10,534 nt of DNA, taken from UHGV virus genome UHGV-1835124; one strand, 5' to 3'. Origin of the DNA: a virus. The notes under the pieces are model-generated. The model saw only the letters and a list, made by a program, of their open reading frames with translations. It ran no database searches and was not told the DNA's origin. The position numbers and the translations under genes were made by a program. Positions 1 to 6,993 of this stretch are shown here, piece after piece (position 1 is the first letter of the stretch; every line of letters begins with the position of its first letter).

Positions 1-112
1 GGTGTTTTATCCTTTCAAATGGTTTTTTATTATATCTGTGTTCATAATCTCCCGCAATTGCTCCGCACATGATTTTGCGGCAAAAGGCAAAACCGTTCTT
101 CCGATAAGGGAG

Positions 113-967
113 CTACAGCGTTTTAAGTTTTTCCAATCGCAACAGAATATCGTTAAAGCTTATAATTCTGAAATCTGCACTGCCGAATTTCGGTGCGGGA
201 CTGCAAAAAATCGCATCTTCGGCTTTTTTCGCTTCGACGAGCAATTTATCATTGCCGGAAGCTGCGGCAATTTCTTTCAGTGTGTCCAGCGTGTCAGGGG
301 CACCGTTAATCAGAGCGGTAATAGCGGCCTGTACAAACGCAGTGGTCGCAATCCGCGTGGTGTTATTTCCTGCGGCAGGCGTCGGCGCTTTTGGTTCTCC
401 GGTAAATGTCGGATTATGTTTCTGTGCATACTGGGTATGAGGATCCTGTGCGGCAATGTGGTTTCTCATCTGGTCATCCACATACAGCCTTAATTCCAGG
501 ACTTCATCATCCACGTATTTACGGGTCGCCAGTACCACCGACGGGTCGATTTTCAGCGTAATAGCTTCGGTATTCGTGACAACCAGAATCATGCGGATAG
601 TCTGGGTACGACCGCTGCCTTCCTGCAACTGCGGTTTGTACGTTTCCGGGCAGTTCGCCACCGCAATGAGTACGCCTTCATCATCATAAAGCCCAATCTC
701 ACGGATCCAGAATCCGCCCTCGTTCTCAGGGATGATTTGCTCCGCAATAATCTGGCTCTGGTTGTTCGGGTCAACACTCAGAAGATTCAGCGGCGCGATG
801 CGTTTCTGGTTAATCAGTTTTGTCTGTGCCGGGTCTGGTGTCGGCAAGACACCATTCGCATCACCAACGGCCATTTGCGTCAGATTCAGCTTACTGCCGA
901 GCATCGTCGCGTTAGCCAGCCGTGCCGCGCCCTGATTAGTCAGAATGGCGTAGTATTTCACTGTCAT
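113..967 (-). CDS. H: Tail fibre protein, N-terminal portion only (284 aa; P2 gpH is about 670 aa); likely truncated or recombinant
   Basis: ORF translation begins MTVKYYAILTNQGAARLANA and contains GGFWIREIGLYDDEGVLIAVAN and NTTRIATTAFVQAAITALINGAPDTLDTLKEIAAASGND, motifs I recognise from the conserved N-terminal domain of P2/Mu/P1-type tail fibres. ATGA start/stop overlap with upstream I at 964-967. Stop TAG at 113-115. The last ~45 codons lie in AT-rich DNA and lack tail-fibre character. Confidence 0.75.
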   Translation of the reverse strand: MTVKYYAILTNQGAARLANATMLGSKLNLTQMAVGDANGVLPTPDPAQTKLINQKRIAPLNLLSVDPNNQSQIIAEQIIPENEGGFWIREIGLYDDEGVLIAVANCPETYKPQLQEGSGRTQTIRMILVVTNTEAITLKIDPSVVLATRKYVDDEVLELRLYVDDQMRNHIAAQDPHTQYAQKHNPTFTGEPKAPTPAAGNNTTRIATTAFVQAAITALINGAPDTLDTLKEIAAASGNDKLLVEAKKAEDAIFCSPAPKFGSADFRIISFNDILLRLEKLKTL

Positions 968-1575
968 GCGTTTACTCTCAGGTTATCAATTAAATGAATG
1001 GCCGAGGCCGGGAAATAATCCCCTCCGACAATAATGGCCTCCGGGGTGTAGGGATAAACCGTCAGGGCGTCACCGTGATAGCATCCCGCACCGGCAAAAA
1101 TGTTGCCGTTTGTACTTAAACTGATAGCCAGTCCCGTCAGATGGCGGCTTGCCGGTTTTGCATCAGCAACGAGGCGCTCCAGCTCCTGATACATTTCTTC
1201 GGTAATACCCTGCTCAAGCACGCCAACAACGATGCGGAACGTCCCCGGCTCCTCGTTGAGCTGCCACCACTCCCTCACCTCAATCAGATAGCCGAGCGGC
1301 TCCACCACACGCCGGATTGCGCCTATAGTGCCCTTATGGCAGTGAATGAAATACGCATCGCGGATAACAGCGCGTTTTGTCGCTTCCGGCCACTTATCAT
1401 CCCAGCGGTCAACCGAAAATGACCACGCCAGCCACGGCAGCAGATTTGCCGGACAGGTATCCGGGTTCCACAGCTCACGAATACTGACCGGCGTTTTTTC
1501 AATTTCCGCACAGGCTTTTGCGGCGGCAACTTCAAGCGGTGATGAGCCGGTCGGCAGCAGTCGCGAATCACTCAT
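964..1575 (-). CDS. I: Baseplate assembly protein I
   Basis: 203-aa ORF beginning MSDSRLLPTGSSPLEV; 8-nt overlap with J stop (GGATGAGTGA context); synteny J-I-H as in P2. Recognised from memory as gpI-like; the length is slightly longer than I recall for P2 gpI. Confidence 0.85.
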   Translation of the reverse strand: MSDSRLLPTGSSPLEVAAAKACAEIEKTPVSIRELWNPDTCPANLLPWLAWSFSVDRWDDKWPEATKRAVIRDAYFIHCHKGTIGAIRRVVEPLGYLIEVREWWQLNEEPGTFRIVVGVLEQGITEEMYQELERLVADAKPASRHLTGLAISLSTNGNIFAGAGCYHGDALTVYPYTPEAIIVGGDYFPASAIHLIDNLRVNA

Positions 1576-2476
1576 CCGAGCCTCCGGTCACGACGCGGTA
1601 TTCGGTACAGAAAGACGCCTGCGTACTGTTGAGCACGATGTCAGCCAGCGGTGCAGCCAGTTCGACACGCTGCACGCCTTCCACATGCAAAGCGGCATAA
1701 ATGGCAGACAGACGGATGTCGCGCCCCAGCCGGTGCTGTGCCGTGATATACGCTTCCAGCTTTTTCACAGCGGCAGCGCGGATGGGTTCGCTTTCGGGAC
1801 CAGGGTAAAGGTAAAGCGTGGCGTTTATCTGGTATTCAACAATGGCGGCAGACTGCACGGTCACGCGGTCGGCCACCGGCCTGACGTCCTCGCCATTAAG
1901 GGCGTTACGCACCACGGCCAGCAGGTCTTCGGATGCGACGCCGTTATTTTCACGTGACAGCACAGAGATGGTGACGCAGGCCGGAGACGGACTGGTGACA
2001 GAAATATCCGCGACACGCCCGTCGGCACTGCGACCATGATACTGATAGGCTCCCACCGACCCGGCGACGCTTAAGCCCTCAAACGCCTGCTGAATACGCA
2101 GACGATAATCGGTGTCAGACTCCATCACTGCCGGTGTCGGCGGGATGGTCGAATCATCTGCCGGGGTGATAATCAGGCGCGTGGTGTTGTAATTGGCACC
2201 AATCACATCAAGGTCATTACCGGCGGCACAGGCCAGCATTACCGCCCGTGCGGCCTCATTCACACGCTGACGCCAGATAAGCTCACGATAAGCATTTTCC
2301 TCCAGCAGTTTGACGAGAGGCTCGGATTCCAGCGTCAGGGTACGGGCAACCGCCTCCTGCTGGTCTTCCGGGTAAAGGGAAATCAGTGTCGCCTTGCGTT
2401 CGGCAAGAATGGTTTCAAAGTCCAGCTCCTCGACCACATCCGGTGCAGGTAGCTGGTTCAGGTCGATAATCGGCAT
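1568..2476 (-). CDS. J: Baseplate assembly protein J (gp6-like wedge protein)
   Basis: 302-aa ORF beginning MPIIDLNQLPAPDVVEELDFETILAERK; length and sequence match my memory of P2 gpJ; synteny W-J-I. Confidence 0.9.
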   Translation of the reverse strand: MPIIDLNQLPAPDVVEELDFETILAERKATLISLYPEDQQEAVARTLTLESEPLVKLLEENAYRELIWRQRVNEAARAVMLACAAGNDLDVIGANYNTTRLIITPADDSTIPPTPAVMESDTDYRLRIQQAFEGLSVAGSVGAYQYHGRSADGRVADISVTSPSPACVTISVLSRENNGVASEDLLAVVRNALNGEDVRPVADRVTVQSAAIVEYQINATLYLYPGPESEPIRAAAVKKLEAYITAQHRLGRDIRLSAIYAALHVEGVQRVELAAPLADIVLNSTQASFCTEYRVVTGGSDE

Positions 2477-2480
2477 GGTT

Positions 2481-2828
2481 TCAACTCACAGGGATGGTTA
2501 ACGAAAGTGGCTGGCCGGTGTCGTTGTGCTGGCCGGTCAAAGTGACAGTCATTCGCCCGTCAAAACTGCGCGCCGTGGTGACGGATGACAGGGTGACGCG
2601 GGGTTCCCATTTCAGCACTGCCATGTAACAGGCGACCTTAATCTGCAACTCAAGCGCCGGGGTCTGCGGCTGGTCAATCATTGATGCCAGCAACGAGCCG
2701 TAATCACGACGCATCACCCGTGAGCCGACCGGTGTGCGCAGGATATCGCCGATACTCTGGCTGATATGCTCAAGGTCAGTGACAGTCAGGCCATCACTGC
2801 GATTCATTCCGAGATAACGCGCTGTCAT
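2481..2828 (-). CDS. W: Baseplate protein W (gp25-like)
   Basis: 115-aa ORF beginning MTARYLGMNRSDGLTVTDLEHISQSIGDILRTPVGSRVMRRDYGS; same length as P2 gpW; 4-nt overlap with V stop. Confidence 0.9.
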   Translation of the reverse strand: MTARYLGMNRSDGLTVTDLEHISQSIGDILRTPVGSRVMRRDYGSLLASMIDQPQTPALELQIKVACYMAVLKWEPRVTLSSVTTARSFDGRMTVTLTGQHNDTGQPLSLTIPVS

Positions 2829-3460
2829 AGAGGACTCCCGGTTGTGCCGCCGCTGTCGCCGGGGTGTTTATGGGTATGCAGCACCTTACCGTTTGATGAG
2901 AGTTCACCACCGGTGTGTTCAATGTTGCCGCGCATCGTCCCACCCTTCTGCACTTCCAGCGTGCCGGTAGTCAGTTTGTTAGTGCAGACCACCTCCGGTG
3001 TGTCCAGGGTGATGCGGGTTGACGCTTTCACCATGACCACCGGCACCGTGGCGGTAACAGAATCAGAAGCCGTCACGCTGGCCGTTTTAATTCCGCTTAC
3101 CGTGAGTGCACTGGTTTCGGGTTCATACTCAATCACCGCCCCGTCAGGGAAACGGATATGCAGGGCATCCGCCGACGCAGACGGCGCGGGGTTATCGCCG
3201 GAATAAATCCCCGGCAGAACGAACGCCGTGTCGAGTTCACCGCCCACGGCCAGAATCAGCACCTGCTCCCCCACGGAAGGTGCCCACCATGTGCGCGAAC
3301 GCCCGGCGCGATGGGTCAGCCACTGAAGCCAGTCAGTGCACATGCCGCCGGTCTGCACACGGCAGCGACCGGCGTTAAGGTCGGTTTCGACGACAAGGCC
3401 GGTGCGGATCATGTTGCGCAGTGCGCGCGCGATTTCCTGAATATTTGCGAGAGTGTTCAT
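2825..3460 (-). CDS. V: Baseplate spike / tail tip protein V
   Basis: 211-aa ORF beginning MNTLANIQEIARALRNMIRTGLVVETDLNAGRCRVQTGG; same length as P2 gpV; first gene after the S-V intergenic hairpin. Confidence 0.9.
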   Translation of the reverse strand: MNTLANIQEIARALRNMIRTGLVVETDLNAGRCRVQTGGMCTDWLQWLTHRAGRSRTWWAPSVGEQVLILAVGGELDTAFVLPGIYSGDNPAPSASADALHIRFPDGAVIEYEPETSALTVSGIKTASVTASDSVTATVPVVMVKASTRITLDTPEVVCTNKLTTGTLEVQKGGTMRGNIEHTGGELSSNGKVLHTHKHPGDSGGTTGSPL

Positions 3461-3471
3461 AACGGGAAGGA

Positions 3472-3495
3472 TGCCGCCGGGTCATACCGGCGGCA
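3472..3495 (-). terminator. GC-rich stem-loop between S and V; candidate operon-boundary terminator or RNA structure
   Basis: Perfect inverted repeat TGCCGCCGG (3472-3480) / CCGGCGGCA (3487-3495) around a 6-nt loop GTCATA. It lies in the 66-bp S-V gap, the only substantial gap inside the tail gene series. The downstream U-tract on the minus strand is weak (UCCUUCCCGUU). Confidence 0.35.
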
Positions 3496-3526
3496 ATGTG
3501 ACGATGAGGTGTCGGGAATGGCACAA

Positions 3527-3979
3527 CTAACGGTCGAGGTGAGCCAGGATAATCTCTTCAATCATCTGCACATCCTCACCGGTAAAGCCGAGCAGAGGAC
3601 GCGCCGGATAATCAATTTTCTTACCGTCTTTTCGGTTTTCTTCCGACAGACCGAACTGATGCACACTGGCAATTTTCGGCGACTTCCCGCCGTAAAACTC
3701 CATTGATGCCTGTTCCGGGCTGGCGCGGATATGCAAAAAACGACTGGTGATAAGTTTCGCAAACATTTTTCGCTTAACACGACCAGTCTTTTTTCTGGCG
3801 CTCTGCTGCTGGCGTGGCGCGTAGGGTGTGCCGTCCGGGGCTTTCTGTGCCATCACCCGGCGCTGCTGACTCTGCCGCAGACGTTTCGCCAGTTCGGCAC
3901 TCAGTCGCCGACGCCCTGACGGTGACAGCGATTCAATCAGTCCGGTCAGCCGGTCTTCAAAACGCTTAAACTCATTCAT
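3527..3979 (-). CDS. S: Tail completion protein S
   Basis: 150-aa ORF beginning MNEFKRFEDRLTGLIESLSPSGRRRLSAELAKRLRQSQQ; same length as P2 gpS; 8-nt overlap with R. Confidence 0.9.
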   Translation of the reverse strand: MNEFKRFEDRLTGLIESLSPSGRRRLSAELAKRLRQSQQRRVMAQKAPDGTPYAPRQQQSARKKTGRVKRKMFAKLITSRFLHIRASPEQASMEFYGGKSPKIASVHQFGLSEENRKDGKKIDYPARPLLGFTGEDVQMIEEIILAHLDR

Positions 3980-4439
3980 CCCACTTGCTCACCAGTTCGC
4001 CATTGATATAAAGCTCCACCGGGCGGGTGACCGGCTCCGGCGGCGTGGGTTCCGGGATATTCTTCACATGCAGTGCGCCGTCCACCTCACTGACCAGCGT
4101 GCGCTCGGTCAGCATCAGGCTGATGCTGATATCAAAGCTGCTGTCATTGTTGATGTCTGCATAAAACGTGAAGCCCTTTTTCTGGCCTGCGTCGGTGGTC
4201 ATGATGTCGGGCTGATTTTCCCGCAGCCACGCCAGCACCGGCACGATGAGCAGGTCAAAATCACCGGTAAAGTCGGTCACAATGACATTGAGCGTGTAAC
4301 GCTTTTCGAATGACAGCGACGTCGCCAGCGTGGAGGCAATACTCCCGTTATCCACGAATATCCGCAGCATCTCGGGACTGGTTTTCAGCACCGTGACGGC
4401 ATCAGTCAGCGCCCTGCGCAGGCTGTCGGGTTTGAGCAT
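3972..4439 (-). CDS. R: Tail completion protein R
   Basis: 155-aa ORF beginning MLKPDSLRRALTDAVTVLKTSPEMLRIFVDNGS; same length as P2 gpR; lies immediately downstream of the lysB/lysC pair. Confidence 0.9.
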   Translation of the reverse strand: MLKPDSLRRALTDAVTVLKTSPEMLRIFVDNGSIASTLATSLSFEKRYTLNVIVTDFTGDFDLLIVPVLAWLRENQPDIMTTDAGQKKGFTFYADINNDSSFDISISLMLTERTLVSEVDGALHVKNIPEPTPPEPVTRPVELYINGELVSKWDE

Positions 4440-4692
4440 CGTTTTCGTCCTGACAGTGTTTAATCATTTTTACCTGGCTGGCACAGCGTGCCAGCGCGTT
4501 CTCAAGCTGTCGGATATCGGCACTTAAATCGCCGTTCGTCTCCGGGTCACTGCCCGGCATCGGGCAAAGGCTCACTTTCGGGCAGGCGTTGGCGACAATC
4601 ACTGGCGTCAGTGCAGGCGGGGCGCTGGTGCAACCGGCGCACAGCATCAGGCAGGTCAGCGCCGTACCAGCGGCGAAAATCTTCGTTTTCAT
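4402..4692 (-). CDS. lysC: Outer-membrane lipoprotein spanin (Rz1-like, o-spanin) LysC
   Basis: 96-aa ORF in a different frame, overlapping the 3' half of lysB and the start of R. N-terminus MKTKIFAAGTALTCLMLCAGCTSAPP has a signal peptide and a lipobox-like LCAGC cysteine. GAGG Shine-Dalgarno about 9 nt upstream of the ATG at 4690-4692. Pro-rich mature region typical of Rz1-type o-spanins. Confidence 0.8.
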   Translation of the reverse strand: MKTKIFAAGTALTCLMLCAGCTSAPPALTPVIVANACPKVSLCPMPGSDPETNGDLSADIRQLENALARCASQVKMIKHCQDENDAQTRQPAQGAD

Positions 4693-4972
4693 TCAGTAAC
4701 CTCGTGATGGTTTTCTCGCGCTGTGCTTCACGCTTCGCCGCGTTCTCCAGTTCCTGACGCAGTGCCACCTGCGACAGCTCGTTTTTGTCTGCTCTGGCGA
4801 GGGCAACATGAAGCTGATTTTTCAGCATGGTGATGGTCGTCTGCTGCCCGTTGGCGACGTTGTTCGCCCTGTCCAGCGAGGTGCGCAGGCTGGCGTTTTC
4901 ATGCTTCTCCAGAAACAGACCGGCCACCGCCAGTGATAACAACACAACCAGCACAATCATCAGCTTTGACAT
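4547..4972 (-). CDS. lysB: Inner-membrane spanin (Rz-like, i-spanin) LysB
   Basis: 141-aa ORF beginning MSKLMIVLVVLLSLAVAGLFLEK (N-terminal transmembrane helix) followed by a charged coiled-coil-like region; contains lysC in an alternate frame; matches my memory of P2 LysB. Confidence 0.88.
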   Translation of the reverse strand: MSKLMIVLVVLLSLAVAGLFLEKHENASLRTSLDRANNVANGQQTTITMLKNQLHVALARADKNELSQVALRQELENAAKREAQREKTITRLLNENEDFRRWYGADLPDAVRRLHQRPACTDASDCRQRLPESEPLPDAGQ

Positions 4973-5385
4973 GGTTCCCGCCCCTCAAAACGCTGACGAC
5001 AGGCCGTGCGTATCAACCGGAAGAACACCGACGCCACGAGGTAAATCAGCGCGGTAAAAATCCACCCGGCAGCGACCAGCGAGATAAACGTCGCCACCAT
5101 CACCACCAGAGCCGCCGCCCGTCTGCGCCACGGCACCGGCTGCAAAAACAGCGACGTGACAATCTTCACGGCCAGCGATTCCGGCGGCAGCTCCCGTCCG
5201 TAGCGTTCCAGCACATACTCCGTGGCATACACGCCGACACCACTGGCAACCACACAGATAACCGTCGCCAGAATCGCCCAGGCAGCGACAAAATTGACGG
5301 CCACGCTCTGCGGGTAAATCAGGGACAGTGCCAGCATCAGCGCCAGCGACACGTTCAGCATCAGTGAAAGGGATAATTTCTTCAT
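4960..5385 (-). CDS. lysA: Lysis-timing membrane protein LysA
   Basis: 141-aa ORF beginning MKKLSLSLMLNVSLALMLALSLIYPQ; hydrophobic, multi-pass appearance; GGAG Shine-Dalgarno upstream; position between K and lysB as in P2. Confidence 0.85.
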   Translation of the reverse strand: MKKLSLSLMLNVSLALMLALSLIYPQSVAVNFVAAWAILATVICVVASGVGVYATEYVLERYGRELPPESLAVKIVTSLFLQPVPWRRRAAALVVMVATFISLVAAGWIFTALIYLVASVFFRLIRTACRQRFEGREPCQS

Positions 5386-5399
5386 GGTGTTTACTCCGT

Positions 5400-5897
5400 T
5401 TAAGCCGGTACGCCGCCGGCGGTACGCCAGACGGTGACCAGTTTTTCCAGTGAATGCTCACGCTGACCGTAACCGGCACCCGGCAGGGACGCCCAGATAT
5501 TGCGACAGCGTGAAATGGCGCGCTCAATGCGTCCCGCCCGGATGTCATCCAGTGCACCGCGTTCGCGGATCAACTGAATGGCAAGTCTGTCCTGTGACAA
5601 CGGACTGAAATCCGGCAGGGCAAGCTGTTTGCGGTAATGCGGCCAGAACAGGTAAAGCTGCTGATAGCGACCGGAGGCCGTGGATTTTTCACCGCGACGG
5701 TTAAACACCTTCGCCGGTCGGCCATGCGCGAACGGGTGGTCACTGTAGTCGGTGAAAATTTCCGGCTTTCCGTCCAGTCCGGTGACTATCACGTCATAGC
5801 CCCGGTTTTTCGTCAGCGGATGATTCGCCGTCCCTTCGGACACGGCCAGCATGTCGAGAAAGGCGGCGATATTCTGGTGCGTGTTAATTACCGGCAT
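5400..5897 (-). CDS. K: Endolysin (phage lysozyme) K
   Basis: 165-aa ORF beginning MPVINTHQNIAAFLDMLAVSEGTANHPLTKNRGYDVIVTG; same length as P2 gpK; directly follows holin Y with a 1-nt TAATG stop/start overlap. Confidence 0.92.
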   Translation of the reverse strand: MPVINTHQNIAAFLDMLAVSEGTANHPLTKNRGYDVIVTGLDGKPEIFTDYSDHPFAHGRPAKVFNRRGEKSTASGRYQQLYLFWPHYRKQLALPDFSPLSQDRLAIQLIRERGALDDIRAGRIERAISRCRNIWASLPGAGYGQREHSLEKLVTVWRTAGGVPA

Positions 5898-6178
5898 TAC
5901 GGTTTCCCCCTGCCCTTAAAGCGGCGCTGAATGGCAATCTCAATCACCTGATAACCGGCGATACCCAGCATGGAGCCGATGCCGCACACCGCAGGCAGTG
6001 ACAGGTCAGGAAACTGCACCAGAACAACACCGGCAACCATCGAGACAAAACCACCGAGCAACATGCGCCCGATAAACAGACGCGGGGTGATGGGTTCACC
6101 ACCGGCAAGCACCTTGCCGACAACAATCAACACCCCAATCATGAAAAGCGACAGGACGCTTTTTTCTTCTGCTGTCAT
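5897..6178 (-). CDS. Y: Holin Y
   Basis: 93-aa ORF beginning MTAEEKSVLSLFMIGVLIVVGKVLAGG; small membrane protein with hydrophobic segments and a charged C-terminus (RRFKGRGKP); same length as P2 gpY. Confidence 0.9.
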   Translation of the reverse strand: MTAEEKSVLSLFMIGVLIVVGKVLAGGEPITPRLFIGRMLLGGFVSMVAGVVLVQFPDLSLPAVCGIGSMLGIAGYQVIEIAIQRRFKGRGKP

Positions 6179-6181
6179 GCG

Positions 6182-6385
6182 TTACTCCCACAGATTGACA
6201 GTTTCAGCCACGGGCGCGGTCTGAACGTCGGGCAGTTCGACGGCGGTGCCGTGTGGCAGCACCGCACCCAGTTCAGCCAGTCCCGGATTTGCGGCGAGCA
6301 CGGTCTCAACCACGCCCTCAGTGCGCCCGTAATACCGGACACAAATGGCGTCGAGCGTGTCGCCCTGTAGCGCAAAGGTCTTCAT
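6182..6385 (-). CDS. X: Tail protein X
   Basis: 67-aa product from the internal ATG at 6383-6385 (MKTFALQGDTLDAICVRYYGRTEGVVETV); the track ORF 6182..6454 is a 5' in-frame extension. Start overlaps the L stop as ATGA, and the length matches P2 gpX. Confidence 0.88.
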   Translation of the reverse strand: MKTFALQGDTLDAICVRYYGRTEGVVETVLAANPGLAELGAVLPHGTAVELPDVQTAPVAETVNLWE

Positions 6386-6894
6386 CAGATTTGACTCACG
6401 ATGCAGCGTGGCTTGTCCTGGATACGCGCCACCGCCCAGCGCATATCCCGCCACAGCTCATCAATGGTGCTGTCAATGCTGTCAGCCTTCTTGTCGCCTT
6501 TCGCACTGGCATCCACGCCGCGGTAACGCTCATAAAGCGACGCGGTCGCCATCGCACACACGGCGCGCTCGTAGTAAAAAACTTTGATGCTTTCACCGTC
6601 GATGTCGTCCGCCGGGACGTCCGCCAGACGCGTAAAACCGGCGGCAATTTTCTGTTCGCGGTACTCGTACAGCTCCGCATTCGTCTCCGCCATGCCTGAC
6701 TTGATGGCCTCTCGCAGACGGGCGGGGGCGACGGTCTGCTCAAGGCGCATACGTTCCCGGACGCGCTTCGGGTCGATATCGGGAAAAAAGAACGTGTTTT
6801 TAATCACCGGCTCGTCGCCAGCCGGTTGCGGGATGACCACCGTACCCTCACCGGACACGGGAGCCTCCTTTCGCGGAATAATCAGCGTCATCAT
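6385..6894 (-). CDS. L: Head completion / stabilisation protein L
   Basis: 169-aa product starting at the MMTLIIPRKEAPVSGEGTVVIPQ double-Met (ATG at 6892-6894) with a GAGG Shine-Dalgarno about 7 nt upstream; the track ORF 6385..6954 is a 5' extension; length matches P2 gpL. Confidence 0.88.
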   Translation of the reverse strand: MMTLIIPRKEAPVSGEGTVVIPQPAGDEPVIKNTFFFPDIDPKRVRERMRLEQTVAPARLREAIKSGMAETNAELYEYREQKIAAGFTRLADVPADDIDGESIKVFYYERAVCAMATASLYERYRGVDASAKGDKKADSIDSTIDELWRDMRWAVARIQDKPRCIVSQI

Positions 6895-6993
6895 GACTAC
6901 CTCTGAAAAGTCGGGCGGTGGACGCCGGTGCAGTGTCAGGTGATTCACCCTCACTGACCGGCGTGCCGCCCTGGCGCGGGGCGCATTCGGTTG

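Noticed and set aside
40-75. Mini-ORF MNTDIIKNHLKG on the minus strand with a GGGAG motif upstream
   Set aside because: Only 12 codons, Shine-Dalgarno spacing too short (3 nt), sits in AT-rich junction DNA; no basis to call a gene.
2-493. 163-aa plus-strand ORF at the left edge
   Set aside because: Lies antisense to the tail-fibre gene H; no ribosome-binding site; low-complexity Arg/Gly-rich translation typical of antisense frames in GC-rich coding DNA.
1346-1957. 203-aa plus-strand ORF
   Set aside because: Antisense to the I and J genes, whose identity is well supported; no independent support.
3461-3620. Attempt to place the V-operon late promoter by TGT-N12-ACA motif
   Set aside because: Only TGT-N10-ACA (3510-3525) found, no exact match; not reported as a promoter feature because both the consensus recall and the spacing are uncertain.
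3158-3706. 182-aa plus-strand ORF spanning the S-V gap
   Set aside because: Antisense to V and S; Arg-rich translation (MQGIRRRRRRG...) typical of a spurious frame.
4933-5367. 144-aa Arg/His/Gln-rich plus-strand ORF
   Set aside because: Antisense to lysA; composition reflects the reverse complement of a hydrophobic membrane-protein gene rather than a real basic protein.
4985-5557. 190-aa minus-strand ORF overlapping lysA and K in another frame
   Set aside because: Out-of-frame overlap with two well-supported genes; Gly/Ala/Arg-rich and no start context.
6253-6699. 148-aa plus-strand ORF and the 115-aa minus-strand ORF at 6396..6743
   Set aside because: Antisense or alternate-frame overlaps of X and L; no ribosome-binding sites; L and X assignments are strong.
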